This document shows positions 38,407 to 49,170 of a stretch of DNA of 64,000 bases, piece after piece. Origin of the DNA: an uncultured delta proteobacterium. GTDB taxonomy: Bacteria; Myxococcota_A; Polyangia; Polyangiales; Polyangiaceae. The stretch's first letter is position 1, and each line of letters opens with the position of its first letter. The notes beneath the pieces are model-generated. The model was not told the DNA's origin. It searched no databases and saw nothing but the letters and a program-made list of their open reading frames with translations. Location: assembly GCA_963696385.1 (NCBI GenBank), contig CAVOKF010000008.1, positions 576,001-640,000 on the forward strand, given 5' to 3'. A program made the position numbers and the translations under genes.

Positions 38407-39701
38407 TGAGAATTCTGTTTCTCAACCCGGCCGGAAGCCTTGGCGGCGCCGAGCGCAGTCTCCTCGATTTGATGGCGTCGCTGCGCGCCCATTCGGACGA
38501 CATCCGCATGGGGCTCGTCGTCGCCGGGGACGGACCGTTGCGGGGTCGGGCGGAAGCCCTCGGTGTTCAGGTCATGCGCCTGCCGCTCGGGAGGCGCCTC
38601 GCGCAGGTCGGCGATAGCGCGATCGCCGATGAGGGGGTTGGCGGCGTCGCACGATGGGCCGCGCGGAGCATCACCGCGTCGCTCGAGACGTTGGCGTACA
38701 TCGCTGGGCTGAGAGCGGCCATCCGCAGGTTCAGGCCGTCCATCGTACATTCCAACGGGATCAAGATGCACCTACTCGCGGCACTCGCTCGGTCGCGCGC
38801 ACCGCTCGTCTGGCACATCCGCGATTTCATCGGAACACGACGCCTCGTGTCGCGCGCGATGGCGCTATGCGCGTTTCGCGTAGACGCCGCGATTATGATT
38901 TCGCGGGCAGTGGCCCAAGATGCGCGCACCGTGCTGCCCCGCGTCCGGTCGACCGTCGTGTACAACGCCATCGACACGACCGCATTCACGCCGAACGGTC
39001 CGGTGGCCAACCTCGACGAACTCGCGGGTTGCGCTTCAACGCCGCCCGAAATGGTGCGAGTCGGCCTCGTGTCGACCTATGCGCGATGGAAAGGCCACGA
39101 CGTTTTTCTGCGGGCCTGTCGCCTGGCGCACGCGAAAGCGCCCATGGCGCGCTTTTACATCATCGGCGGGCCGATCTACGCAAGCGCCGACTCGCAATTC
39201 GACCACGAGGAGTTGCGTCGCATGTGCCGCACCGTCGGACTCAACGGGCGTGTCGCGTTTGTGCCCTTTCAGACCCGGATCGAAGACGTCTATCGAGCAC
39301 TTGACGTCGTCGTTCACGCGAGCACGCGTCCCGAGCCCTTTGGTCGAACGATCGTCGAGGCGATGGCTACCGGGCGCCCTGTCGTGGCTTGCCGCGAGGG
39401 TGGAGCGACTGAACTTTTCACCGATGGGTCGGACGCTGTCGGCGTTCCCCCTCGCAACGAAGAGGCGCTGGCCAATGCTATAGTGGCACTCGTCAGCGAC
39501 TCCGAACGGCGACGGGCCATCGGCGCAGCGGCTCGGGAGAGTGCCGTTCTGCGTTTCTGTCGGCCTCGTCTCGCAGGGCAAGTGCTTCGTCTTTACGCCG
39601 ACGCGGGTTGCAGCGACGCGGCCGTGTGTCTTGATCAACCGCGTGCCGAGCCTCACGCTTCAGAGACGCACAGCGCCACGAGACAAGATCCTGCTACGTA
39701 A
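38403..39701 (+). CDS. Glycosyltransferase family 4
   Basis: GGAERSL; PEPFGRTIVEAMATG; ATGA overlap with the asnB-like gene. Confidence 0.9.
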   Translation: MMRILFLNPAGSLGGAERSLLDLMASLRAHSDDIRMGLVVAGDGPLRGRAEALGVQVMRLPLGRRLAQVGDSAIADEGVGGVARWAARSITASLETLAYIAGLRAAIRRFRPSIVHSNGIKMHLLAALARSRAPLVWHIRDFIGTRRLVSRAMALCAFRVDAAIMISRAVAQDARTVLPRVRSTVVYNAIDTTAFTPNGPVANLDELAGCASTPPEMVRVGLVSTYARWKGHDVFLRACRLAHAKAPMARFYIIGGPIYASADSQFDHEELRRMCRTVGLNGRVAFVPFQTRIEDVYRALDVVVHASTRPEPFGRTIVEAMATGRPVVACREGGATELFTDGSDAVGVPPRNEEALANAIVALVSDSERRRAIGAAARESAVLRFCRPRLAGQVLRLYADAGCSDAAVCLDQPRAEPHASETHSATRQDPAT

Positions 39702-39730
39702 TCGATTTAGAAGCTGCTACGAGCATTTCA

Positions 39731-40876
39731 GTGAAGGTTCTCATGGACGCAAGACTCGCGTATGGCCCCCACCGGGGAGCGGGTGCGTACATCATCCACC
39801 TGGCGTCCGCACTAGGCCGTATCGCCCCCGAAGTTCAGCTGACTCTATTGGTATTTGGTATGAGAGCCAGGCGTTCCGAATTACCTACGGTTGCATCCCC
39901 AAGTACCCGCGTTCGCATGATCCGCATACCCAACGGCATATGCGGCCGACTGTTGAGCAAACCGTCGGTCAACCGATGGGCGCGAAGCGTATCGTGGGGA
40001 TTCGATTTAGCGCATGAAACTGGCTTCCAGCACTTCCCTTTTGGACCGCGGGTCGTCTTCACACTGCATGACCTAGTGTTTGCGCGTCTTCCAGAGCACT
40101 ATCCTAAGCACGCCGATGAGCTGGCACACTTCCGGCTCGCCGCTAAACGCGCCAAGGTGGTCATGACTGACTCCGAATCGACGCGCCGTGACGCAATCGA
40201 GTACCTGGGGCTCAATCCGGAGCGGACACGGGCGGTTCTTTTGGGGGCGCCACCCGTCTCGCCACCGCGCACCCGACTTGAGCAAATCGATGACCGCAGC
40301 CGCCTCCAAGCGTTCGGCATTCGGTCGCCCTACATTTTGAGCCTCGGTGACATCCTCGGGCGCAAGAACAACGTCACGGTCGTCCGCGCGTTAGCGGATT
40401 TACCCCCCAGCATGCGGCGGGACCTGCAGTTCGTGGTCGCGGGGCTGCCTGGCGACCCTCGGATAGCGACTGAACTGCGGAGCGAAGCCAACCGACTCGG
40501 GGTGGCTAGAGACTTACTCCTGACCGGGTTTGTCGACAACGCCGACCGCGACGCACTGCTGACGAACGCCGCCGCCTTGGTGTTTCCCAGCCTGTACGAA
40601 GGGTTCGGGCTCCCAATTCTAGAGGCGATGGCGAAAGGAGTCCCCGTGGTCGCCGCCAACAATTCATCAATTCCAGAAGTCGCGGGGGGCGCTGCTCTGC
40701 TCGTCGACTCGTATCGCCACCCCGCAGCCTGGGCGCATGCTATAAGCAAGGCCTTGTGCGACGAAACCTGGCGTTCGGAGGCAATTGTCGCGGGGTTGGC
40801 TCAAGTAAATGTACTAACTTGGGAGCGTACCGCCAGATCTACTCTTGAGAGTTATCATCTTGCAACGACGCTCTGA
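39731..40876 (+). CDS. Glycosyltransferase family 4 (mannosyltransferase-like)
   Basis: TLHDL; RKN; FPSLYEGFGLPILEAMAKG. Confidence 0.9.
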   Translation: MKVLMDARLAYGPHRGAGAYIIHLASALGRIAPEVQLTLLVFGMRARRSELPTVASPSTRVRMIRIPNGICGRLLSKPSVNRWARSVSWGFDLAHETGFQHFPFGPRVVFTLHDLVFARLPEHYPKHADELAHFRLAAKRAKVVMTDSESTRRDAIEYLGLNPERTRAVLLGAPPVSPPRTRLEQIDDRSRLQAFGIRSPYILSLGDILGRKNNVTVVRALADLPPSMRRDLQFVVAGLPGDPRIATELRSEANRLGVARDLLLTGFVDNADRDALLTNAAALVFPSLYEGFGLPILEAMAKGVPVVAANNSSIPEVAGGAALLVDSYRHPAAWAHAISKALCDETWRSEAIVAGLAQVNVLTWERTARSTLESYHLATTL

Positions 40877-41116
40877 TTCCTATAGACCCCCGTATCAACC
40901 GTAAGGCAGCCGACTGCGTGACACCCATTGGTGCTACATCCTTGCACAGCCATGGAAGCGCCTGGGATCGCCAGCGCGCGTTTCGAACGAAGACCCCACG
41001 CCAAATGGCGCCAGTTGCTCTCCTGTCGACCGCGTATATACCGCACCTCGAGAGCACCGTCCATGCGAGCACGCTGAGCGCGTGTGATTCTCGACACCGT
41101 CGCCACACTCATTTTC

Positions 41117-42130
41117 ATGAGCCAAGGTAGCACTTCCCCGCAAGGTAGGCGCTTGACTCCGTCGCTGCAAACCCTACCCCCGCCCCCGCGTGGAAAGACT
41201 GGCTGGCCGTGGACAAGGGAGACTTCTCCAGCTCGCGCGACGGCATGGGGCGGGAGGCCATGGCCACGCATCAGCATTGTCACGCCGAGCTACAATCAAG
41301 GCCAATTTTTAGAAGAAACGCTGCGGTCGGTGTTGCTTCAGGGCTACCCCAACCTCGAATATGCCGTTTTTGATGGTGGCAGTACGGACGAGTCCGTAGA
41401 AATTTTGCGCAAGTACGCCCCGTGGCTGAGTTACTGGTCGAGCGAAAAGGACGCGGGCCAAGCCCACGCCATCAACACGGGACTCGCCCGAGCCACTGGC
41501 AACATCGCCGCATATCTGAACAGTGACGACCTTTATATGCCAGGTGCGTTGCAGCACGTCGCTGCGGTCTGGCACAAGCCTGGGTTCGACGTCTTCGTCG
41601 GAAAAGGTCAGCGGATAGGGACAATCCCGCCGCTTCCGTCGTGGTTTCTGCTGCGGAGAACATGGTGGTTGTCGCTGAATCAGCCTTTCGCGTTTCCGTT
41701 CGTCGTGAGTCGACAATGGCGTTACGGTATTCCACAGGAGTCCACATTTTGGAACCACGATCGGTATCGAACGCTACGACTCGACGAGAGTTTTCACTTT
41801 TGTCTCGATGCCGAATGGTTTATACGGCTGTATTCAGGATCTCGAATCGTTCATTCCACTCAGAAGGTCGGTGTATTTCGGTTCCATCCAGAGGGCAAGA
41901 CGACCCGAATGAGAGAGATTTTTCACCACGAGCTGGCGCGCCTTTTCCAAATGTACGGCGAGAGCATGGACCGAGTGCCGCAGCACGAGTGCGAGACGAT
42001 CTTGCGCGAGTTCGACCGGGCGAGGAAACGAGTGTTCGCACGGGAATTGGTCCGGCGGACTCCCTCGCTATTCACGTATTGGCATCCCGCCCACTTGACG
42101 AACGCTGTGACCCGCTTCAGTTCACCATGA
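41117..42130 (+). CDS. Glycosyltransferase family 2
   Basis: GKTGWPW...WPRISIVTPSYNQGQFLEETLRSV, DGGSTD, YLNSDD. Confidence 0.92.
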   Translation: MSQGSTSPQGRRLTPSLQTLPPPPRGKTGWPWTRETSPARATAWGGRPWPRISIVTPSYNQGQFLEETLRSVLLQGYPNLEYAVFDGGSTDESVEILRKYAPWLSYWSSEKDAGQAHAINTGLARATGNIAAYLNSDDLYMPGALQHVAAVWHKPGFDVFVGKGQRIGTIPPLPSWFLLRRTWWLSLNQPFAFPFVVSRQWRYGIPQESTFWNHDRYRTLRLDESFHFCLDAEWFIRLYSGSRIVHSTQKVGVFRFHPEGKTTRMREIFHHELARLFQMYGESMDRVPQHECETILREFDRARKRVFARELVRRTPSLFTYWHPAHLTNAVTRFSSP

Positions 42131-42239
42131 CATACACGTTGCGCCCGGCAGATGGTGAATTGTCGGCGATCGGATGGCACCTCGACGTCGGGTGATGCGC
42201 AAAGCAGATCACCCGCGTTTCGAGACCCCAAACGGCCAA

Positions 42240-42565
42240 CGCTCATACACGGTACTTCGGTCGCTCATTGCATCGGCAAACTTCATGACCGGTGCCCCCA
42301 GCGATATCTCGAATGCGTGCTGCGCCTCGCGCCTCACTGGTCGAAGCGCAGGGTGCTCAAACTCGCTCCAAAGTACTGGCGCAGCAACGCCCGCACCATT
42401 GACCCCCGAACAGCAAGCCATCGTGCGGCCGTCCCGGTCGGCCGCCTTCGACGTGTTCGCACCGGATTCGGATCCGGCGGCGGCGACAACGGCCGCGTGA
42501 ACAACTCCACCGCAACCCTCGCAGCCCGAGCGCGCCTCGCGATCGGCTTCGGTCGCGCACTCTAC
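42240..42565 (+). mobile_element. IS66-family transposase C-terminal remnant
   Basis: Frameshifted SLIAS... / PQRYLECVLRLAPHWSKRRVLKLAPKYW resembles the IS66 TnpC C-terminus. Confidence 0.65.
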
Positions 42566-43674
42566 GACAGCCCCAAACGACGACGTATCGTCTGGATGAC
42601 CCGTGATGAAGCGGCTGTCGCAACGTCCCGCCACAGCGATGAACGAACGCCGTATCTGGCAACATTATGGCGCAATGACGAACACACTGATGAGGCATGA
42701 CCTTCAGTGAGGAGGGCTAACATCGTTTGCGCATAATGTTCGAAATGGACCGCGTAGCTGGTATCGTACGACTTCCTTGCATACACAACGCCGCGCGACA
42801 CGACGTCACAGGTGCATCTCGTAACGTCGGCGATCGTGCAATCGCGCAGTTCAACAACGTGATCGCTCGGTAAACCCCAATAGTCTAGGTCATGCGTTAC
42901 GGCACCGAATACGCCAGCCCATTTAGCAAGAATCTGAATCGTGGGGATGCGGCGCGCGGCATCGGAGGTGCACACCCAAGTAATACCGCTTGAGCAGCCG
43001 ATTAGGAGGGAACAATAGTGGGTCAAAGCGGCATAGTCCCGGAAGCGAAGCACGCTGCCGTCTATGATCCTCGGATGATGCAGATTGGCCGGAGGGCGGG
43101 AACTAAGTACGATGCGCGCCGTGGGTATAAGGTCGACGATGATTGTGGCCGCCTCCGTCGCCCAAGAAGGCGTCATCGATGACTGCCCGCTGTGCGCGGA
43201 GCATTCGAAAATGATCGCAGGATCTGAGCCAGTAAGGCCATTGGCGTCCGCGAAGTGCCGTACATGCTCAAGCTCGGCTGTGCTTAGACGGACGACCGGC
43301 GTTACCGGCACGGTGATGGGCCGGGGATACCCACGAAATATTGAGGAGCGCACGGTCCCGTCGAAATTGTGATAATTGGCCGGAGAGATTTGCGTGAGGT
43401 AAACGTCGTCGAATTCGCCGCGGCGCTTGCGGTCGCGCGCGCGTGACGCAAAGTCGTGCCACGCAGCGTTCATATTGTCGCGAGTGGCCGTGACGTCCCA
43501 TACCTCGTCAACGTGTGGGTTATATGCGATGACTTGTCGATATTGCGACGCGATCGCCCAAGTAAGATGGCACTCGGGATCGTCTGCCTTAATTTGCCGC
43601 GCAACGGTGGTGGCGTAAACGCAGTCACCATTGGCGCCAAGTTGTCCCAGCAAGACGCGTCGTCTGGATGTCAT
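42562..43674 (-). CDS. GT9-like (heptosyltransferase-like) glycosyltransferase
   Basis: QLGANGDCVYATTVARQIK...HLTWAI...NPHVDEVW; LIGCSSGITW. Confidence 0.75.
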   Translation of the reverse strand: MTSRRRVLLGQLGANGDCVYATTVARQIKADDPECHLTWAIASQYRQVIAYNPHVDEVWDVTATRDNMNAAWHDFASRARDRKRRGEFDDVYLTQISPANYHNFDGTVRSSIFRGYPRPITVPVTPVVRLSTAELEHVRHFADANGLTGSDPAIIFECSAHSGQSSMTPSWATEAATIIVDLIPTARIVLSSRPPANLHHPRIIDGSVLRFRDYAALTHYCSLLIGCSSGITWVCTSDAARRIPTIQILAKWAGVFGAVTHDLDYWGLPSDHVVELRDCTIADVTRCTCDVVSRGVVYARKSYDTSYAVHFEHYAQTMLALLTEGHASSVCSSLRHNVARYGVRSSLWRDVATAASSRVIQTIRRRLGLS

Positions 43675-43858
43675 GGATAGCGGAATTCGCAGGTCGGAGT
43701 GAAGACGATACGCCAGACGTCGGCTGTACGCCAGCGAGTCTTTGGCACGGTGCCTGGAGCCGCAGCAAACCTCACTGCCGCGAGTGGTCGTGACGGCCCA
43801 TACATCGTCAACGTGTGGCTTGTAGTGACTTGTCGATATTGCGACGCAAACGCCACCG
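43480..43858. repeat. Degenerate direct repeat of about 80 bp (43480-43560 and 43780-43858)
   Basis: gcgagtggccgtgacgtcccatacctcgtcaacgtgtgg...gacttgtcgatattgcgacgc versus gcgagtggtcgtgacggcccatacatcgtcaacgtgtgg...gacttgtcgatattgcgacgc. Confidence 0.85.
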
Positions 43859-43876
43859 GCCACGCACGTACACGTA

Positions 43877-45841
43877 TTAGCGCACGCGCCTAAAGACCAT
43901 GGCTGCGAAAGTATATCTGCACCCGTCGTGCACAAACCATGGGTGCGCACTGCCCCACTCAGGAGTGTCTATCAGCTCACTCCGCTCCAATTTCGGAATC
44001 AAACGCTTATGCAAGTCTTCCGCACTGTACAAGCGCAAGTCCGCGGATGGAATTCGGTCTTCCGAGCCCGCATTGTCACGAAAATCACACGTAAGGACGC
44101 CAAGTCCGCCGACGGCAAGCAACTCCTCCATATACATGACAAAGTCTTCGTCATTAGCAACATGCTCGATAACTGAGGTCGCAAACACCCCCGCGTACTC
44201 ATCCCTCCTACACGAAGGCCTGGTCATATACGTTGCCAAATCGTAATTCAAAACAGGATCCAGCTCATCTAGTTCATATCCGTTTGCCGCAATAGCAGCC
44301 GCAGCGGTATCCTCGAAACTCCCGACGCAAAGTAATGGCGATCGCTCGCGGGTCCTGACATGCCGCAACACCGTGTCGAGCACAAACGCTTGTTGTATGT
44401 TCGCCGCCGGAATCTTTTTTGCCATTAGCTCAGGAGCACACCTGTAAAGATATTCTAGCGTGGGTGCATACAGTTCGTGCGCCGACGCGTCCAGAATTCG
44501 ATTAAACCGACTAACGCTCGGAATCGGTTCATATCGCTCAACAAAGGCCGCTCGCCTGGTCACATCGAGGACGGCTGGCCGCGGCACCCAATCTCGCGGG
44601 CCACTCCGGCCGCTTGAATTGCTCCTGCCACGCGAGCGTAGACGCCCGCGCAACTTGCGCGCCTGCCGTGCAGCGGTAGGATGCCGTCGTGCCAATTCCC
44701 GCGCGTAAGCACCGTGCCAAAGTCCGCCCAGACGCGAGGCCGTCTGGTGCGTGGCTCCAGCCAGGGCCTCCGTCGTCTTCTCCACCACGGCCATTATGGA
44801 TTCGCGCGACGCCGGTGGTAAGGCAGAAGTCGCAAGCACCTCCGAAGCCCAAGGCAACACGGCATACGTTGGTCGCACCGTGTCTGCCAAGATAGTGGTC
44901 ACAATGCGCTCATAGTCCCAAACGAGATTGTCGGCCGTCCATTCCTTCGCGAAACGCGCAATCGGCGCTGCGCCATGTTTTAAAATCTCACGTAGCGGAG
45001 CATCTTCGACAGTAATTGACGGTTTCGCATTGATTACATGACGAAACATCATGCATCTTGTCAGCGCCAGCGGCCGCCCAACCGACAGTGCGAAATCTAT
45101 GACACTGGAAATTCCCCGACCCGGCAATGAATCATACAAAAACGCATTAAGCGAATTGCCCGCGAGAAATTCGAGAACCTCTTCAGTCGTCATGAAATCA
45201 TGCCTAATGTCCAGTCCGACGTTGGGCTTGCGCACCAGATCAAGGCATCGCGCTGCCGTGGCTTGGGCGCTCTCGCCATGTTCGTCAGCAAAGGTCGCGA
45301 ACGGGATGCGAAGCTTAATCAATGCTTCGTCAAACTCATTCTGCACGCGAATTACAAGTTCCTCAAATCCTTTACCCGGCGTCGCAAACCCAAAACTACC
45401 AATCGTGCATACAGGGGGCTCTTCAAACCGCCTACCGACGTAACGCGGTACGAGCCGGCCCGTCTTAAAAACTCTTGCATTCCGCAGAAGCAACGTAGGG
45501 TCCGGCGCTATGTGAAAATCGAACACACTCGTATCCGCTTTGTCCGCCACTTCTTGTGTCACCTCATGAATGATCCCTATGTGTGGTCCGTGATGCCGCC
45601 GCAAGTGACGCTTATTCAGCCAGTTTAAAGTTGACGGATAATAGTTGTATATGATCGCCACGGGCTTTTGCGCATGCACCACGTGGTGGTATTCCTCCGC
45701 ACTCGAGCATTCCGCGTACACGAACTCGTATCGACGTGATGCACGAAGGGCTTCCGCTACGCTTCGTCCAAATTCATACACTCCGCATTGCGCCCGCTTG
45801 TTAGAGACAAAGATCACTACGTCGTTACGTTCCATTGCCAT
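43877..45841 (-). CDS. GT-B-like domain fused to a class I SAM methyltransferase-like domain
   Basis: N-terminal domain CGVYEFG...IGSFGFATPGKGF...GISSVIDFALSVGRP; C-terminal domain LLCVGSFEDT...VFATSVIEHV...LLAVGGLGVLTCDF. Confidence 0.72.
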   Translation of the reverse strand: MAMERNDVVIFVSNKRAQCGVYEFGRSVAEALRASRRYEFVYAECSSAEEYHHVVHAQKPVAIIYNYYPSTLNWLNKRHLRRHHGPHIGIIHEVTQEVADKADTSVFDFHIAPDPTLLLRNARVFKTGRLVPRYVGRRFEEPPVCTIGSFGFATPGKGFEELVIRVQNEFDEALIKLRIPFATFADEHGESAQATAARCLDLVRKPNVGLDIRHDFMTTEEVLEFLAGNSLNAFLYDSLPGRGISSVIDFALSVGRPLALTRCMMFRHVINAKPSITVEDAPLREILKHGAAPIARFAKEWTADNLVWDYERIVTTILADTVRPTYAVLPWASEVLATSALPPASRESIMAVVEKTTEALAGATHQTASRLGGLWHGAYARELARRHPTAARQARKLRGRLRSRGRSNSSGRSGPRDWVPRPAVLDVTRRAAFVERYEPIPSVSRFNRILDASAHELYAPTLEYLYRCAPELMAKKIPAANIQQAFVLDTVLRHVRTRERSPLLCVGSFEDTAAAAIAANGYELDELDPVLNYDLATYMTRPSCRRDEYAGVFATSVIEHVANDEDFVMYMEELLAVGGLGVLTCDFRDNAGSEDRIPSADLRLYSAEDLHKRLIPKLERSELIDTPEWGSAHPWFVHDGCRYTFAAMVFRRVR

Positions 45842-46027
45842 TCTCACGACCAACCCAAGACGCATACCAAAGAAACGCCCAAGGGGCTAGCGGTACCACA
45901 TGTTCCGTTGGATAGGAATAATAGATGCACACGACGGGCCGGCGGTCGCTGCCCGCGCGCCTCGTAGCGGCCCCGACCGTAACGCCCTGTGAACCGTGCG
46001 GTGAGTGAGACCCATGACGACCCGCGT

Positions 46028-46300
46028 GTAAGCAGCTCAACTGCGAGACGCCCGTGCGGCGGATTTCGTAGCCCGTCCACCAAGGGCGTGTGGATGGCTT
46101 GAGGCGGAGCTCGCAGATGTGCCGTTCTGGAGAGCGGCCGCCGATGGCGTCGTCCCGAGACCGTTCCCGTTAGACTGAATTGCCCGAAGACCGCACCCGC
46201 TGGACGCGGAGTGACGCACGCGAGGTGATCGCCGCCCTTCATCGGTCATGCAAGTCATGCAAGTCCGTAAGCGCACAGGCTGGACCCGCCGCAGTGGCGC
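46028..46300 (+). mobile_element. IS66-family left-end / orf1 remnant
   Basis: GTAAGC-type terminus at 46028; RWTRSDAREVIAALHRS..KSV resembles IS66 TnpA. Confidence 0.4.
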
Positions 46301-46832
46301 CGCTCGCGGCCAGGTGGTCGTGTACCCCCTGCGTCGTTCCACGCCATGGCATTGGCCCCCGGTCGCTCGGGTGCGTCCGCTGCCGCGAGCCTGCGGCGAG
46401 ACGCTCTCCGTGGCCGGCTGCACTTTGCGCTGCTGGCCTTGCGGCAAAGCACAGCACGCATGACGACTGATTAGCCCCCACCGGATTGTACCCGCGGCGC
46501 GGAATGAGGCATGGTGCCGGGTCAGCGGGGGGGGAGTCGCTGGTGAGTCATGGGGGCTCCGTGGTTGCTAGCCCCCCACCCGGCGGCGCGGACACGCGAT
46601 GCGGGAAACGTGATAGCGCCGCATTTGTGGTCGGCATAGAGGTCGGGTTTTCCATGGTGTTACGAGCCCGTTTGCTAGTCGGACCCGAGCCCGCAAGAGC
46701 ACACCGAATTGTTGCCACGGGTCGCAAGACCCCGGAGCACGTTTATTAGATTTCTCCCCCTCCGCGGGCTCACGCCGACGACGACGTTTCGTTCCTTGAT
46801 AACCTTCAGGTCCGGGGCGGTTTCTTATTAGA

Positions 46833-48749
46833 CTGAAGTTCCTGAACCAAAATCGCCGAAGTTCGCGATCTTGCTGTGGAATCGGCAAAATTGACCCGAA
46901 AGGTAGGCATGTAAACAGATAGAAATAGCTTTCCATTATCGATTCGATGTGCATGATGCGGAGGCATGTACATCGCAACCGTGCCGAACCGCGGCTCTCC
47001 ACCGGCGATCCTGCTGCGCGAGTCGTATCGAGAGGGCGGACGGGTCAAGTCGCGCACGCTGGCGAACCTGTCGTCGTTGACGGAAAAGCAGGTGGAGGGG
47101 ATGCGGCGAGCGCTCCGCGGGGAGCCCTTGTTTGGCCCGGACGGGCCGATCCGAAAGGTGCGCGACCAAAGCCACGGTGCGGTCGACGCCGTTCGGCAAG
47201 TCATTCGCAAGTTGGGGCTCGAGGTCCTCATCGACCGACAACCAAGCCGCCAGCGCGATCTGGTGATGGCCCTGTTGGTGGCGCGCATCACCGATGCCCA
47301 GAGCAAGCTCGCGACGACGAGGGCCTGGAAGACCACGACCCTGCCCGAAGACCTCGGGGTCGCGGATGCGACCGAAGATGACCTGTACGACGCCATGGAT
47401 TGGCTCTTCGAGCGGCAGGACGCGATCGAGAGGAAGTTGGCGACGCGTCACCTGCGCCAGCAAGGGTTGGTGCTCTACGATCTGTCATCGAGCTATTTTG
47501 AAGGACACCAATGTCCGCTTGCCAAGCTCGGATACAACCGCGATGGCAAGAAGGGCAAGCTGCAGGTCAACTATGGCCTTCTCACCGATGAACGGGGCTG
47601 TCCCATTGCGGTCCAGGTTTACGAGGGAAACGCATCCGATTCGACGACGCTCCTCGACCAGGTGGAGCGTGTTCGATCCGACTTCGGGATTGACGGATTC
47701 GTGATTGTGGGTGACCGCGGGATGATCACGGAGAAACAGATTTCGTCGCTTCGCAAAACCGGTGGGATGACCTGGGTTACCGCGCTCAAGAGCGGTCGCA
47801 TTCGATCCCTCGTGCACTCGGGCGTTCTGCAACTCGGACTCTTCGACGAACGCAATCTGTTTTCCGTGCGGGACCCAAAACTTGCCGGTGAGCGGTTGAT
47901 CGCATGCAAGAACCACGATCTCGCACGATTGCGCGCACACAAGCGCCAGAGCCTTGTCGACGCGACACGCAAAGAACTCGACGCGGTGCAGAGAATTGTG
48001 GCTCGCGGAAAGCTGGTGGGCAAAGCAGCGATCGGGCTACGGATCGGAAAAGTGATCAACAAGCATAAGGTGGCCAAGCACTTCTTACTCGACATCCATG
48101 ATTCCACATTCGAGTATCGCCTCCGCGAGGATCGCATCGCAGAGGAGGCAGCACTCGACGGCGTATACGTGATTCGTACGTCCTTGAGCCAAGAGTCGAC
48201 CAGCGACGAACAGGCCGTTCGCCATTACAAGAAGCTCGCGAATGTCGAACGCGCATTCCGATCCATCAAGACGATCGACTTGAAGGTGCGCCCCATTCAC
48301 CACCACTTGGAAAACCGAGTCCGAGCGCACATCTTCCTGTGCACGCTCGCTTTCTACGTGGAGTGGCACATGCGCGAAGCGTGGCGACCGGTCCTCTTCT
48401 CGGACGAGGACCAGGCTGCCAAGAACACGAGAGACCCGGTCGCGCCGGCCACCCGGTCGCCCGGTGCACTCGATAAGGTCGCCACCAAGCGAAGCGAGGA
48501 CGGGGCGCCCGTCCACAGCTTCCGTACCCTTCTCGCCGATCTCGCCACGATCACGCGAAGCACCTTCGCGCCCGTCGGAGCCGACAACGAAGGCCAGACT
48601 TTCACCATGCTGACCGTCCCGTCACCCGAGCAAGCGAGAGCCCTCCAGCTACTTGAAGCCATCGCCGTGTAGGCAGTAACTCAGGCCGCGATTTCGACGG
48701 ATCCAGGGAAAATAGGCCGAATTGTGTCCCGGCGGGCGGGGAACTTCAG
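46833..48749 (+). mobile_element. Complete IS1634-family insertion sequence, 1917 bp
   Basis: Terminal inverted repeats CTGAAGTTCC (46833-46842) and GGAACTTCAG (48740-48749); 6-bp target duplication ATTAGA (46827-46832 and 48750-48755). Confidence 0.92.
46966..48672 (+). CDS. IS1634-family DDE transposase
   Basis: LLRESYREGGRVKSRTLANLS, LYDLSSSYFEG, VGDRGM, VERAFRSIKT; intact 568 aa. Confidence 0.93.
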   Translation: MYIATVPNRGSPPAILLRESYREGGRVKSRTLANLSSLTEKQVEGMRRALRGEPLFGPDGPIRKVRDQSHGAVDAVRQVIRKLGLEVLIDRQPSRQRDLVMALLVARITDAQSKLATTRAWKTTTLPEDLGVADATEDDLYDAMDWLFERQDAIERKLATRHLRQQGLVLYDLSSSYFEGHQCPLAKLGYNRDGKKGKLQVNYGLLTDERGCPIAVQVYEGNASDSTTLLDQVERVRSDFGIDGFVIVGDRGMITEKQISSLRKTGGMTWVTALKSGRIRSLVHSGVLQLGLFDERNLFSVRDPKLAGERLIACKNHDLARLRAHKRQSLVDATRKELDAVQRIVARGKLVGKAAIGLRIGKVINKHKVAKHFLLDIHDSTFEYRLREDRIAEEAALDGVYVIRTSLSQESTSDEQAVRHYKKLANVERAFRSIKTIDLKVRPIHHHLENRVRAHIFLCTLAFYVEWHMREAWRPVLFSDEDQAAKNTRDPVAPATRSPGALDKVATKRSEDGAPVHSFRTLLADLATITRSTFAPVGADNEGQTFTMLTVPSPEQARALQLLEAIAV

Positions 48750-49108
48750 ATTAGAGACCCACGAGGCAGACCCACCTCCTCCGACTTCTCAACTATCTTG
48801 GCGCTTCCCCCGTCCCGTCCCACCCACCGTAGCCTCGGCTCTTCGACCACTACACCCACATCGAAGGCCGACAAGAATCCGGGATGCTTCGCACGGATGC
48901 GAGCGAACTATTCGGGATGGGACAACAACGTTGCGATGGCCAGCAAGAAGAAGGTCGCGTAAGGTCGCGCAAGGAATTCATCACTCCGCCGCGACCACGC
49001 CAAGTTCCACAGGGGACGGGGCATTCCCCACGTTTGGGGCCCCCTGGACGCCTTGCCCTACCCATGGCAGACGAGCAGCAACACGACCCTTCATGAACCG
49101 CTTATACC

Positions 49109-49132
49109 GCTGAGCCCATTACCGGGCTCAGC
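49109..49132. other. Perfect 9-bp stem hairpin
   Basis: GCTGAGCCC-ATTACC-GGGCTCAGC, about 40 bp upstream of the next CDS; no U-tract. Confidence 0.5.
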
Positions 49133-49170
49133 TGGCGTTGCGTCGCTTTGTCTTAGGAGTTATAGCGAAA

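Noticed and set aside
43480..43858. Repeat pair as a diversity-generating retroelement TR/VR
   Set aside because: Mismatches are not adenine-specific, there is an indel, the copy maps to the gene's 5' end, and no reverse transcriptase is in the window.
46245..46265. Short tandem repeat GTCATGCAA x2
   Set aside because: A local slippage duplication inside an IS remnant; no array.
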